Positions 10,329-19,020 of a stretch of 64,000 bases of DNA are shown one piece after another. The notes beneath the pieces were generated by a model. That model was not told where the DNA came from and ran no database searches. It saw nothing but the letters and a program-made list of their open reading frames with translations. The number at the start of each line of letters is the position of its first letter. Position 1 is the first letter of the stretch. Both the position numbers and the translations under genes were made by a program. Origin of the DNA: an uncultured Spirochaetota bacterium. GTDB lineage: Bacteria > Spirochaetota > B62-G9 > DRHN01. The stretch lies in contig CAZFTJ010000003.1 in NCBI GenBank assembly GCA_964521865.1, positions 183,745-247,744 of the forward strand. Direction: 5' to 3'.

Positions 10329-12634
10329 TATCCCCTACCCCTTCCGCATCGTGCACGAGCGACGATACCCTGTCCGAATGCAATACCGCCGTCGTTCGGC
10401 GGCAGTAATCTGTGAATGAGCACTGAAAACCCGTTTTCCGACAGCATGCGCCGTAATGACTTCAGAACCGTACGGTTCTGAAACACTCCGCCGCTCAGCG
10501 CTACGGTGCCGATGCCTGTTTTTTCCCGAAGGCGCCGGCATACATCGACACCAGATAATATAACAGCGGCATGAAACTTTTGTGATATTAAAATGGGAGA
10601 AAGTTGGGCCCGTATGTCGTCGACGATCCCCCTGATTGCCGGCTCAAAATGTACATTCATCTCCGCATCCATATAATAGGAGTATGCGTCCTCACGTGAT
10701 ACGGGTAGAGATTCAGAAGCCCCTCCGGCCTTTTCAAGAAGCACTGCCCCCTGCGCATCGTATGACGGTCTGGAACAGAGTAAAATCATCGCTGACACCG
10801 CATCAAACAGCCTTCCACAGGACGACGTGGTCGGGCAGTTGACCCCCGAGCGTATCATCTTCTCCAGCAGGAAAAGCCTGCTTTTGTCGTACCTTTCAAT
10901 AAACGGAAAATCCGGGATATTCGATACAGAACCGAAGGCCTGAAGCAGGTACGATACCGCCATGCGGTCGGTTTCAGTAATCGCCTTTTCCCCGCCCGGC
11001 ATGGGAACAGGGAAGTATCGTGCGGCCCTGCTGAAATCCGCCCGCGTTGCAATGAGAAACTCACCGCCCCATATCGTGTTATCCGTACCGAATCCCGTCC
11101 CATCGAGTGCTATACCGATCACGGCAGCATTAACACCTGCCTCGCCGAGCACACCTGCTATATGCGCATGATGGTGCTGAACGCGCTCAAGCGGTATGCC
11201 TCGATCCGAGGCCGCACTCTCCGCAAGACGGGTGCTGATATACTCGGGGTGCATGTCGCAGACGAGTATTTCAGGTTCCACCCGAAGCATGCTCAAAAAA
11301 TCCTGAATACCTGCTAAAAAGGCGTCGACACTCGTGGTGTTGTTGAGATCGCCTATATGGTGGCTGACATAGGCCATCCCCTCCCTGAAAACACAGAAGG
11401 TATTTTTCTCATTCGGGCCGAAAGCAAGCAAAGCCCTGTCAGGCGGGCCTGCCGGTATGGCTTTCGGCACATACCCGCGGGACCTCCGCACCGGCACGGG
11501 AACCTCATCGCTCACGAAAAATACAGAATCGTCGCAGGGGCGCTGTATCTCCCTGTTGTGAACGAGAAAAGCATCCGCAATGCCGTCAAGCTCCTTAAAT
11601 GCCTCTGCATCCCGGTAAACGAGCGGTTCCTCGGATATATTCGCACTCGTCATTATAAGTATTTCAGGCCCTTTCCTCAGAAGAATATGATGCAGGGGTG
11701 TGTAGGGCAGCATAATACCGACGTAGTCCGTATCTGGTGCAATCTCTTCGGGCAGGTTGTTTTTTCTTCCCCTGAGCAGGACTATTGGCCGTTCAAAACC
11801 CCCTAGCAGGGCCTCTTCCCGCTCCCCGACGACGCAGTACTTTTTTACCGTACGCATATCCCGGGCCATCAGCGCAAAGGGTTTGGCGGGCCTTCGCTTC
11901 TTCTTCCGAAGGCGTACCACCCATTCCGATTTTGCAGGTGAAACCGCCATATGGTATCCGCCGAGACCTTTGACCGCAATGATGCGCCCCTGTCTTAACA
12001 TCGAAACTGCAGCGCCTATCGGATCGCCTTCCACAACCGACCCCGCAGCTGTTTTCAGTACAAGGCCCGGTCCGCATACAGGACATGCATTCGGCTGTGC
12101 GTGATACCGACGGTCGAGGGGATTCTCGTATTCGGCCGTACAGTCGTGGCACATCGTGAAATTACTCATCGTCGTATTTTTTCTGTCGTACGGAATAGAC
12201 CGTACGATCGTGAAACGAGGTCCGCAGTCCGTACAGTTGGTAAAGGGGTAGAAATACCTTCTGTTTTTCGGATCGAATATCTCCTCGAGGCAGCTGTCGC
12301 AGGTAGCAATGTCCGGAGAGATCGGAGTAAAACCCCCTCCTTCCACGGCGCTCCCGACTATATTGAGGCTCCTGAATCCGTGCGGTTTTTTATACTCGAT
12401 AGAGCTTTCGTGTATGTGAGCACGTACAGGGGGATTTTTCAAAACGTCTCTGTAGAATTGTTCGATATTTCGTTTTGAACCGTCAAGCTCGATGCACACG
12501 CCTGTTTCTGTGTTTCTGATTATCCCCCTGAGACGGTAGTAACGGGCTTTTCTATACGTAAGCGGCCGAAATCCCACCCCCTGTACGATGCCCTTATACC
12601 AGATAACGGCACCGGTTGTCCCGGTATTTTCCAT
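10328..12634 (-). CDS. hypF: Carbamoyltransferase HypF
   Basis: 768 aa. N-terminal acylphosphatase-like region, two CxxC-x18-CxxC zinc-finger pairs (CDSC...CTDCGPR; CHDC...CPVCGP), then YrdC-like and Kae1-like regions. Confidence 0.92.
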   Translation of the reverse strand: MENTGTTGAVIWYKGIVQGVGFRPLTYRKARYYRLRGIIRNTETGVCIELDGSKRNIEQFYRDVLKNPPVRAHIHESSIEYKKPHGFRSLNIVGSAVEGGGFTPISPDIATCDSCLEEIFDPKNRRYFYPFTNCTDCGPRFTIVRSIPYDRKNTTMSNFTMCHDCTAEYENPLDRRYHAQPNACPVCGPGLVLKTAAGSVVEGDPIGAAVSMLRQGRIIAVKGLGGYHMAVSPAKSEWVVRLRKKKRRPAKPFALMARDMRTVKKYCVVGEREEALLGGFERPIVLLRGRKNNLPEEIAPDTDYVGIMLPYTPLHHILLRKGPEILIMTSANISEEPLVYRDAEAFKELDGIADAFLVHNREIQRPCDDSVFFVSDEVPVPVRRSRGYVPKAIPAGPPDRALLAFGPNEKNTFCVFREGMAYVSHHIGDLNNTTSVDAFLAGIQDFLSMLRVEPEILVCDMHPEYISTRLAESAASDRGIPLERVQHHHAHIAGVLGEAGVNAAVIGIALDGTGFGTDNTIWGGEFLIATRADFSRAARYFPVPMPGGEKAITETDRMAVSYLLQAFGSVSNIPDFPFIERYDKSRLFLLEKMIRSGVNCPTTSSCGRLFDAVSAMILLCSRPSYDAQGAVLLEKAGGASESLPVSREDAYSYYMDAEMNVHFEPAIRGIVDDIRAQLSPILISQKFHAAVILSGVDVCRRLREKTGIGTVALSGGVFQNRTVLKSLRRMLSENGFSVLIHRLLPPNDGGIAFGQGIVARARCGRGRG

Positions 12635-12637
12635 ACG

Positions 12638-13279
12638 TTACAGCCTGTCGATGATCCATCCAAGGAGTTTGTCGAAGCCCTCTCCGGTTGCTGAGGAAAC
12701 CGGGATACTGGCGGATGAAGGGTTGACTTTGTGGAGCCTCTTTTCGAAGTTTTCGAGCCTGAAATCGGTGTTCGACTGCATATCTATTTTATTCACTACA
12801 ACGAGGTCTGCGGTTCTGTACATCGTAGGATATTTCTCCGGCTTATCGTCTCCCTCAGTGATGCTCGCGACGATTATTCTTCCGCTCTCACCAAGATCGA
12901 AGCCCGACGGGCAGACCAGGTTTCCGACATTCTCGATAAACAGCAGCGCAATATTGTCGAGCTCGATCGTATCGAGAGCCGATCTCACCATGGCTGCATC
13001 CAGATGGCACGCCCCGTTTGTATTGATCTGCGCGGACTGCACACCTGTTTTCGAGATTCTCTCGGCGTCATGCGAGGTGGCAAGGTCGCCTTCGATCACG
13101 GCGGCCTTCATCCGGGGGGGCAGCATCGGGACAAGCCGTTCAAGCATTGCGGTCTTTCCTGCACCGGGCGACCCCATGACATTCCAGCATGTGATCTTCC
13201 TGTTATGCAACATATTCCTGATATCCCGCGCAAGAAGATCGTTTGCCTGCAGAATATCGCTCATGACATTTACCTTCAT
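12638..13279 (-). CDS. hypB: Hydrogenase nickel-incorporation GTPase HypB
   Basis: P-loop GSPGAGKT and a GTPase/metal-binding region (ENVGNLVCP). Start placed at the ATG (MKVNVMSD) preceded by AAAGGA; the track ORF extends to a TTG at 13360. No His-rich or CxxCGC N-terminal metal site. Confidence 0.82.
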   Translation of the reverse strand: MKVNVMSDILQANDLLARDIRNMLHNRKITCWNVMGSPGAGKTAMLERLVPMLPPRMKAAVIEGDLATSHDAERISKTGVQSAQINTNGACHLDAAMVRSALDTIELDNIALLFIENVGNLVCPSGFDLGESGRIIVASITEGDDKPEKYPTMYRTADLVVVNKIDMQSNTDFRLENFEKRLHKVNPSSASIPVSSATGEGFDKLLGWIIDRL

Positions 13280-13471
13280 GAATTCATCCTTTCTTGATGT
13301 AATGCCGCCGTCAGGCAGCTTGTTTTCCGCGATACATAAGCGGTGGTTATGTCTGCTCAACTGGATTTATTATACGGCTCGAAGAGACGCATAACAAATC
13401 AGGTGTTTACACCGGCGGTGTTATAATGAATACGACCATTGAAATATCCGGCGAACCGCGGATTGATCCCG

Positions 13472-13714
13472 TCAGTCGCCTTCGAACGAGAGAACCTGAA
13501 GCTCAGACCCCCCGGACTCCTCTATGCTGATGTGAGCCCCCTCGGAAATCGTGTCTTTGGAGAGCACATCGAATGCAAAGAGAAGCGCATCGGCTAACAC
13601 ACCGGAGTACTTTCCGATTTTCAGGTTGATTTTCGAAATCTTCTGCATGCCCTCCTCTTCAGCCCGCCGGTGTATCATCTTCAGCAGCTCTTCCGTAATT
13701 GAAAGCTCATGCAT
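13472..13714 (-). CDS. hypA: HypA-like nickel metallochaperone, short form lacking the zinc-finger region
   Basis: Starts MHELSI (HypA N-terminal Ni-site motif) and stays colinear with HypA for about 80 aa, then stops (…LQVLSFEGD). Contains no cysteine at all and no CxxC pairs. A GTG at 13738 is an alternative start. Confidence 0.6.
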   Translation of the reverse strand: MHELSITEELLKMIHRRAEEEGMQKISKINLKIGKYSGVLADALLFAFDVLSKDTISEGAHISIEESGGSELQVLSFEGD

Positions 13715-13800
13715 GAACTGTGCCCGTGGCTGCCCCACATGAAGGGTTTCCTGCCCCCCGCAACATGCGTTTATCGTTCTGAGGGCGAGGATTATCTTTT

Positions 13801-13821
13801 AAGTAACTTCAAAAGTTACTT
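13801..13821. promoter_or_regulatory. Perfect 9-3-9 palindrome AAGTAACTT-caa-AAGTTACTT in the hyp/hox divergent region
   Basis: Seen directly; lies about 90 bp upstream of the hypA ATG. Candidate operator for a dimeric regulator. Confidence 0.4.
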
Positions 13822-14483
13822 TGTGATATTCGGTCCCCGGGGACGTAGACCACTTCTAACTAATATCTACCAATTTTCCCTTGTTTTCAATATTTTATTA
13901 ATGCCGCCGGCTCGCGTACCTGGAGGTATCGACAAATCAAGTAGAGCGGATACAATCCCCGCGTGCATGCCGCTCGACAGCGGCATTGCCTGCCCTGAAT
14001 ATCTTCCCCGATGATTATCAACTTCCTAAAGGAAAATATGACTTGACATTTTCATAAAAGAACAATACTAATAAAAGGGTTTCGTATCTTTAAAAAAAAT
14101 AGTTAATTTTTTAACATAGTTCTGGCGCTATTTCGGCCGATGAAGCGACTGCTGTATATCACCCGCCGCTTTTTTCCGCGGCACTGAATTTAACAGCGGC
14201 GGGGGTTGAGGTCAAGTAAAACCAAGCCGGCAAATTCCTCATAGAAGAATAGGGCCGATACGTCGCTGTTGAGACCAGAATGTCAAACTGCTGAATGAGC
14301 ATACACCGGGGCGTATCAGCGGGATGCACCCATCCAATCAAAAAAAGTGAGCGCCATTCAATTAATGCGGGAGGTAATAATAGAGAACATGCTATATACG
14401 CAGTATAGGCGTAATTTCCCCGCTGCAAAATATTGTAAGATTCACCAATACATGTGACTGATTATTCAATCGGAGGTACAGTA

Positions 14484-16277
14484 ATGGCAAATGATCAAAG
14501 CAAAGCCGTCAAGGAAATAGTCGAGGAGTACTGCAGCGACCGTGGACACTTGATGGACATTGCACGAAAAGTGCAAAACCGATTCGGATACATATCCGAA
14601 GAAAACATGGAGCACATTGCGAGGGCGTTGGGTATTCATCTCGTTGAAGTGCGTGACATGGTCAGTTTTTATACCTTCTTTTCACGAGAACCGGCGGGTA
14701 AGAATGTAATCCGTCTCTGTAATGCCGTTGTTGAGAAAATGCACGGAGCAGACCTTGTCGCCGATGCCTTTGAAAAGGAAGTGGGCGTTCCGTTCGGCAG
14801 TACGAGCACGGACGGGTCGATTTCACTCGAGTACACGTCATGTATCGGAATGAGCGATCAGCCTCCGTCCGCCCTGATCAACGGCATCCCCGTTACGAAA
14901 ATCTGCCCGGAAGATGTACCGGGCATCGTCAAAGAGCTCAAAAGCGGTACGAAGTACAGTCCTGAAAAAGCGGAAACGGTTCTTGCCGCCACCCTGCTCG
15001 AGAGCAATCTCAATAAGACGGGTCAGGTGGTTTTTTCACCACAGGAACCGGGGAACGGGATCAGGGCTGCGCTGAACATGCCGCCGGAGGATGTCATCAA
15101 CAGTATCAACGAATCTCGACTGCGTGGGCGCGGCGGTGCAGGCTTTCCCACAGGAATGAAGTGGAATTTCTGCAGAAAATCGAAAGGTGAAAATCACTAC
15201 GTGATCTGCAATGCGGATGAAGGAGAACCCGGTACCTTCAAGGACAGAGTCATCCTGACCGAGGCAGCGGACCTTGTTTTTGAAGGCATGACCATTGCAG
15301 GATATGCTGTTGGGGCATCGCAGGGCTTCATGTACCTGAGAGGAGAATTTCAGTACCTTCTCAGCTCCCTGGAGCAGGTGCTCAGCCGGCGAAGGCACAT
15401 CGGCCTCCTCGGAAAAAACATTGCCGGGAAGCAGGGATTCGACTTCGATATACGGATCCAGGTCGGTGCAGGAGCCTATATATGCGGAGAAGAATCCGCA
15501 CTCATCGAATCGCTCGAAGGAAAACGGGGCGCTCCGCGCGATAGACCGCCGTTCCCGGTGACCCGCGGGTACATGAACCAGCCGAGCTCCGTCAACAATG
15601 TCGAAACATTCTGCTGTTCAGCCCGTATCATGGAAAAGGGCGCAGAGTGGTTTTCCAGGCTCGGCACCAAAGATTCGACCGGTACAAAATGCCTGAGCGT
15701 ATCCGGCGACTGTGCGCACCCCGGGGTGTACGAGGTCGAATATGGAATTACGATCGACAATCTGCTGGATCTTGTGGGCGCGAAAGAAGCCCAGGCTGTG
15801 CAGGTGGGCGGACCGTCCGGAAGGTGCGTCGCACCGAAAGATTTCGGGCGAAGCATCAGCTTTGAAGACCTTCCTACCGGCGGCTCCGTGATCGTTTTCG
15901 GCAAGGAGCGGGACCTTCTCGAGATCGTCAGACAATTCACCGAATTCTTTGTAGAGGAGTCATGCGGCTGGTGCGCACCGTGCAGGGTTGGAACGACTCT
16001 CCTTTTACAGAAGCTTGAAAGGGTGATTGAGGGTAAAGGTTCACGGCTGGACCTCGAGGAGCTCGAGAGTCTCGGCAATACGGTGGAGAAGATGAGCCGC
16101 TGCGGTCTCGGCCAGACTGCTGCAAACCCCATTCTGACGACATTGAAGAATTTTCATTCGCTGTACACGGCAAAAGCAACATCCGGTGAGTTTATTCCAC
16201 CGTTCGACTATGAAAAAGCGCTTGCGGCGGGAATCCAGATTGCAGGGAGAGAACCTGTGGTGGAAGAGGAGGAATGA
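14484..16277 (+). CDS. hoxF: NAD(P)-linked hydrogenase diaphorase subunit HoxF (NuoE-like plus NuoF-like domains)
   Basis: FMN/NADH-binding NuoF-type motifs (GRGGAGFPTGMKW, CNADEGEPGTFKDR) and a 4Fe-4S motif (ESCGWCAPCR); about 150-aa NuoE-like N-terminus. Start at ATG 14484 preceded by GGAGG; the track ORF starts 30 nt earlier. Confidence 0.85.
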   Translation: MANDQSKAVKEIVEEYCSDRGHLMDIARKVQNRFGYISEENMEHIARALGIHLVEVRDMVSFYTFFSREPAGKNVIRLCNAVVEKMHGADLVADAFEKEVGVPFGSTSTDGSISLEYTSCIGMSDQPPSALINGIPVTKICPEDVPGIVKELKSGTKYSPEKAETVLAATLLESNLNKTGQVVFSPQEPGNGIRAALNMPPEDVINSINESRLRGRGGAGFPTGMKWNFCRKSKGENHYVICNADEGEPGTFKDRVILTEAADLVFEGMTIAGYAVGASQGFMYLRGEFQYLLSSLEQVLSRRRHIGLLGKNIAGKQGFDFDIRIQVGAGAYICGEESALIESLEGKRGAPRDRPPFPVTRGYMNQPSSVNNVETFCCSARIMEKGAEWFSRLGTKDSTGTKCLSVSGDCAHPGVYEVEYGITIDNLLDLVGAKEAQAVQVGGPSGRCVAPKDFGRSISFEDLPTGGSVIVFGKERDLLEIVRQFTEFFVEESCGWCAPCRVGTTLLLQKLERVIEGKGSRLDLEELESLGNTVEKMSRCGLGQTAANPILTTLKNFHSLYTAKATSGEFIPPFDYEKALAAGIQIAGREPVVEEEE

Positions 16278-16987
16278 TGAAAGAACAAAAGATCACAATA
16301 ATCATCGACGGTAAAGAAATCGAGGCGGTTTTCGGCCAGTCTATCATGCAGGCGGCCGATGCAGCGGGAATCTATATCCCGCGCCTCTGCTATCACAAAG
16401 ACCTGATTCCGGCCGGACACTGTCGGGTATGCACGGTAAAAGTCAATGGAAAACCGACAAATGCCTGTTCAATGCCTGCTGCAGACGGCATGGTCATTGA
16501 AAATGAAACTCCCGAATTGAACGAGGAGCGTCGGCATATAATAGAGATGCTCTTTGTGGAAGGGAATCACTTCTGCCCGTTCTGCGAAAAGAGCGGAGAC
16601 TGCGAACTGCAGGCGCTTGCGTATCGATTGGGCATGCTCACCCCGAGATACACGTATCAGTACAAGCATGTCGAAGTCGATGCAACACATCCGGATGTCT
16701 ACATCGATCGTGAGCGCTGTGTTCTCTGCGGCAGATGCGTGCGGGCATCGCGTGATATCGACGGGAAGGACGTGTTCGGATTTGTCGGACGCGGTATAAA
16801 CAAGCGAATTGCCGTGAATTCAAAGGGTGACCGATTATCCGATACAGAGCTTGCGGCAGCCGACAAAGCGGCTTCAATCTGCCCGACCGGCTGTATCGTC
16901 ATCAAACGTGTCGGCTATGCCAAGCCGTTCGGCACACGGTTGTATGACACGCAACCCATCGGCTCGGATATTCAGAAGACTCCGTAA
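16274..16987 (+). CDS. hoxU: Hydrogenase diaphorase iron-sulfur subunit HoxU (NuoG N-terminal-like)
   Basis: 237 aa with a 2Fe-2S ferredoxin-type N-terminus (CYHKDL...GHCRVC...C) and 4Fe-4S cysteine clusters (CPFCEKSGDC; CVLCGRC). Start overlaps the hoxF stop. Confidence 0.85.
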   Translation: MMKEQKITIIIDGKEIEAVFGQSIMQAADAAGIYIPRLCYHKDLIPAGHCRVCTVKVNGKPTNACSMPAADGMVIENETPELNEERRHIIEMLFVEGNHFCPFCEKSGDCELQALAYRLGMLTPRYTYQYKHVEVDATHPDVYIDRERCVLCGRCVRASRDIDGKDVFGFVGRGINKRIAVNSKGDRLSDTELAAADKAASICPTGCIVIKRVGYAKPFGTRLYDTQPIGSDIQKTP

Positions 16988-17013
16988 AAAATCTTAATTC
17001 TGAGGAAGGAAAA

Positions 17014-17553
17014 ATGGCCAAACCAAAAGTAGCGACAACACATATGACGGGGTGCTTTGGCTGTCACATGTCTCTCCTCGATATCGATGAAAAGATACTC
17101 GATCTGATTGAGCTTGTGGATTTCGACAAATCACCCATAGACGATATAAAGCAGTTTACGGGCACTGTTGATATCGGCCTGATCGAGGGAGGATGCTCCA
17201 CTCAGGAAAATGTTGAAGTGCTTCGTTCTTTTCGCAAGCACTGCAAAATTCTTATAGCAGTCGGAGAATGCGCCAATACCGGAGGTGTTCCACACCTGCG
17301 CAACATGATTCCCCTCAAAGAGTGCATGGAGGAAGCGTATCTCAACGGTCCGTCCGTCGTCGACGGCGTCATACCGAACGATCCCGATATTCCGCTCATT
17401 CTGGACAAGGTCTATCCCGTCCACGAAGTGGTAAAGATCGACTACTGGCTGCCGGGCTGTCCTCCCAGAGCGGAAACTTTCTGGGCCGCATTAACGGCTC
17501 TGCTTAAAGGCGAAGAACCGAAGCTGCCGTACGAGCTCATCAAATACGATTAA
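17014..17553 (+). CDS. hoxY: [NiFe]-hydrogenase small subunit HoxY
   Basis: 179 aa with the proximal-cluster cysteine pattern (GCFGC...GEC...GCPP); position between hoxU and hoxH. Confidence 0.85.
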   Translation: MAKPKVATTHMTGCFGCHMSLLDIDEKILDLIELVDFDKSPIDDIKQFTGTVDIGLIEGGCSTQENVEVLRSFRKHCKILIAVGECANTGGVPHLRNMIPLKECMEEAYLNGPSVVDGVIPNDPDIPLILDKVYPVHEVVKIDYWLPGCPPRAETFWAALTALLKGEEPKLPYELIKYD

Positions 17554-17573
17554 TTTCATGGAGGCGTTTAAAT

Positions 17574-19016
17574 ATGGCTTCTGAGACAAAAGCACGAAAG
17601 ATCGTCATCAATCCGGTGACACGGATTGAAGGACATGCCAAGGTAACAATAAGGCTTGATGAAAACGGGAAAGTCGACAGGGCGAGGATGCATATTGTGG
17701 AGTTTCGCGGTTTTGAACGCTTTGTGCGCGGTCGTCTTTATTGGGAAGCACCGGTCATCGTACAGCGTCTGTGCGGGATATGTCCGGTCAGCCACCTGCT
17801 CTGCGCATCGAAGGCAATGGATGTCATCGTCGGAGCGGATAGACTGACACCGACCGCTGAGAAGATGAGGAGGCTTTTGCACATGGGGCAGGTGTACCAG
17901 TCCCATTCACTGCATTTCTTCCACCTCAGCGCACCCGATCTGCTCCTCGGGTACGATGCAGACCCTGTAATCAGGAACGTCATCGGACTTGCAAAGAAGA
18001 ACACAGATCTCGCCGTGCAGGCGGTTATGATGCGGAAGTACGGCCAGGAAGTGATCAAAGCAACCGCAGGCAAGAAGATACACGGCAACGGATCGATTCC
18101 CGGCGGCATGAATAAGAACCTGTCGATCGAAGAACGGGATGCCCTGCTCGAGGATGTCGACCGGATGATCGACTGGGCACAGGGTGGTCTTGATCTATAC
18201 AAGAAACTTTACCGCGACGACACCGCTCGTCTGAGCAAGCTCGGCTCATTTGAGTCGAATTTTGTCAGTATCGTCCGGGAGGATGGAGCGCTCGACATGT
18301 ATGACGGCAAGCTCAGGGCGAAAGATCCTGACGGCAACCTGATTTTCGATATGGTCGAGCCGAAAGACTATTTAAAGTACATACGGGAAGGGGTGAGAAA
18401 CTGGAGCTACATGAAATTCCCGTTCATTTACTCGCTCGGTCAGGAGAAGGGCTGGTACCGCGTCGGTCCGCTCGCACGGCTGAACAACTGCGATTTCATC
18501 ACGACCCCGAAGGCCGAGAAGGAGCGTCGGGAGTTTATGGAGCTCGGAGGCGGCAGGCCTGTCCATTCAACCATGGCCTATCACTGGGCACGGCTGATTG
18601 AAACCCTGTATGCGGCTGAAAGAATAAAGGAGCTTCTGAACGATCCGGACCTGCAGGGAGATGATCTCGTCGTGAGCGGCGAAAGGAGAAACGAGGGAAT
18701 AGCCATCATCGAGGCGCCGAGGGGCACCCTGTTCCATCACTATCGGGTGGATGACACGGATCAGATCACCATGGCGAATCTCATCGTTTCGACCACGAGC
18801 AACAATCAGCCGATGAATGAGGCGGTGCGCGTCGTTGCAGAGGATCATATTGCCGGTAGAGAGGTTACGGAACCGCTGTTGAACCTCGTTGAGGTTGCGA
18901 TACGGGCCTATGACCCCTGCCTGAGCTGTGCCACCCATGCAATCGGTCGGATGCCTCTTATCGTGACCCTGGAAGACGAAGGCGGCGCCGTGATCGATAG
19001 AAAAGTGCGGGATTGA
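17574..19016 (+). CDS. hoxH: [NiFe]-hydrogenase large subunit HoxH
   Basis: N-terminal RLCGICPVSH (RxCGxCxxxH) and C-terminal DPCLSCATHA (DPCxxCxxH) Ni-Fe ligand motifs; a 25-residue tail follows the His, as expected for a protease-processed precursor. Confidence 0.92.
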   Translation: MASETKARKIVINPVTRIEGHAKVTIRLDENGKVDRARMHIVEFRGFERFVRGRLYWEAPVIVQRLCGICPVSHLLCASKAMDVIVGADRLTPTAEKMRRLLHMGQVYQSHSLHFFHLSAPDLLLGYDADPVIRNVIGLAKKNTDLAVQAVMMRKYGQEVIKATAGKKIHGNGSIPGGMNKNLSIEERDALLEDVDRMIDWAQGGLDLYKKLYRDDTARLSKLGSFESNFVSIVREDGALDMYDGKLRAKDPDGNLIFDMVEPKDYLKYIREGVRNWSYMKFPFIYSLGQEKGWYRVGPLARLNNCDFITTPKAEKERREFMELGGGRPVHSTMAYHWARLIETLYAAERIKELLNDPDLQGDDLVVSGERRNEGIAIIEAPRGTLFHHYRVDDTDQITMANLIVSTTSNNQPMNEAVRVVAEDHIAGREVTEPLLNLVEVAIRAYDPCLSCATHAIGRMPLIVTLEDEGGAVIDRKVRD

Positions 19017-19020
19017 CCGG

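Noticed and set aside
12731-13297. 188-aa plus-strand ORF overlapping hypB
   Set aside because: It is antisense to hypB, which has a P-loop and operon context; there is no independent support.
13709-14428. Small ORFs (101 aa plus strand, 89 aa minus strand) in the hyp/hox divergent region
   Set aside because: No ribosome-binding site and no recognisable motifs; the region is better explained as regulatory DNA.
15476-16132. 218-aa and 105-aa minus-strand ORFs inside hoxF
   Set aside because: They are antisense to a well-supported HoxF coding region; their Arg/Ser/Pro-rich composition and lack of motifs indicate spurious frames.
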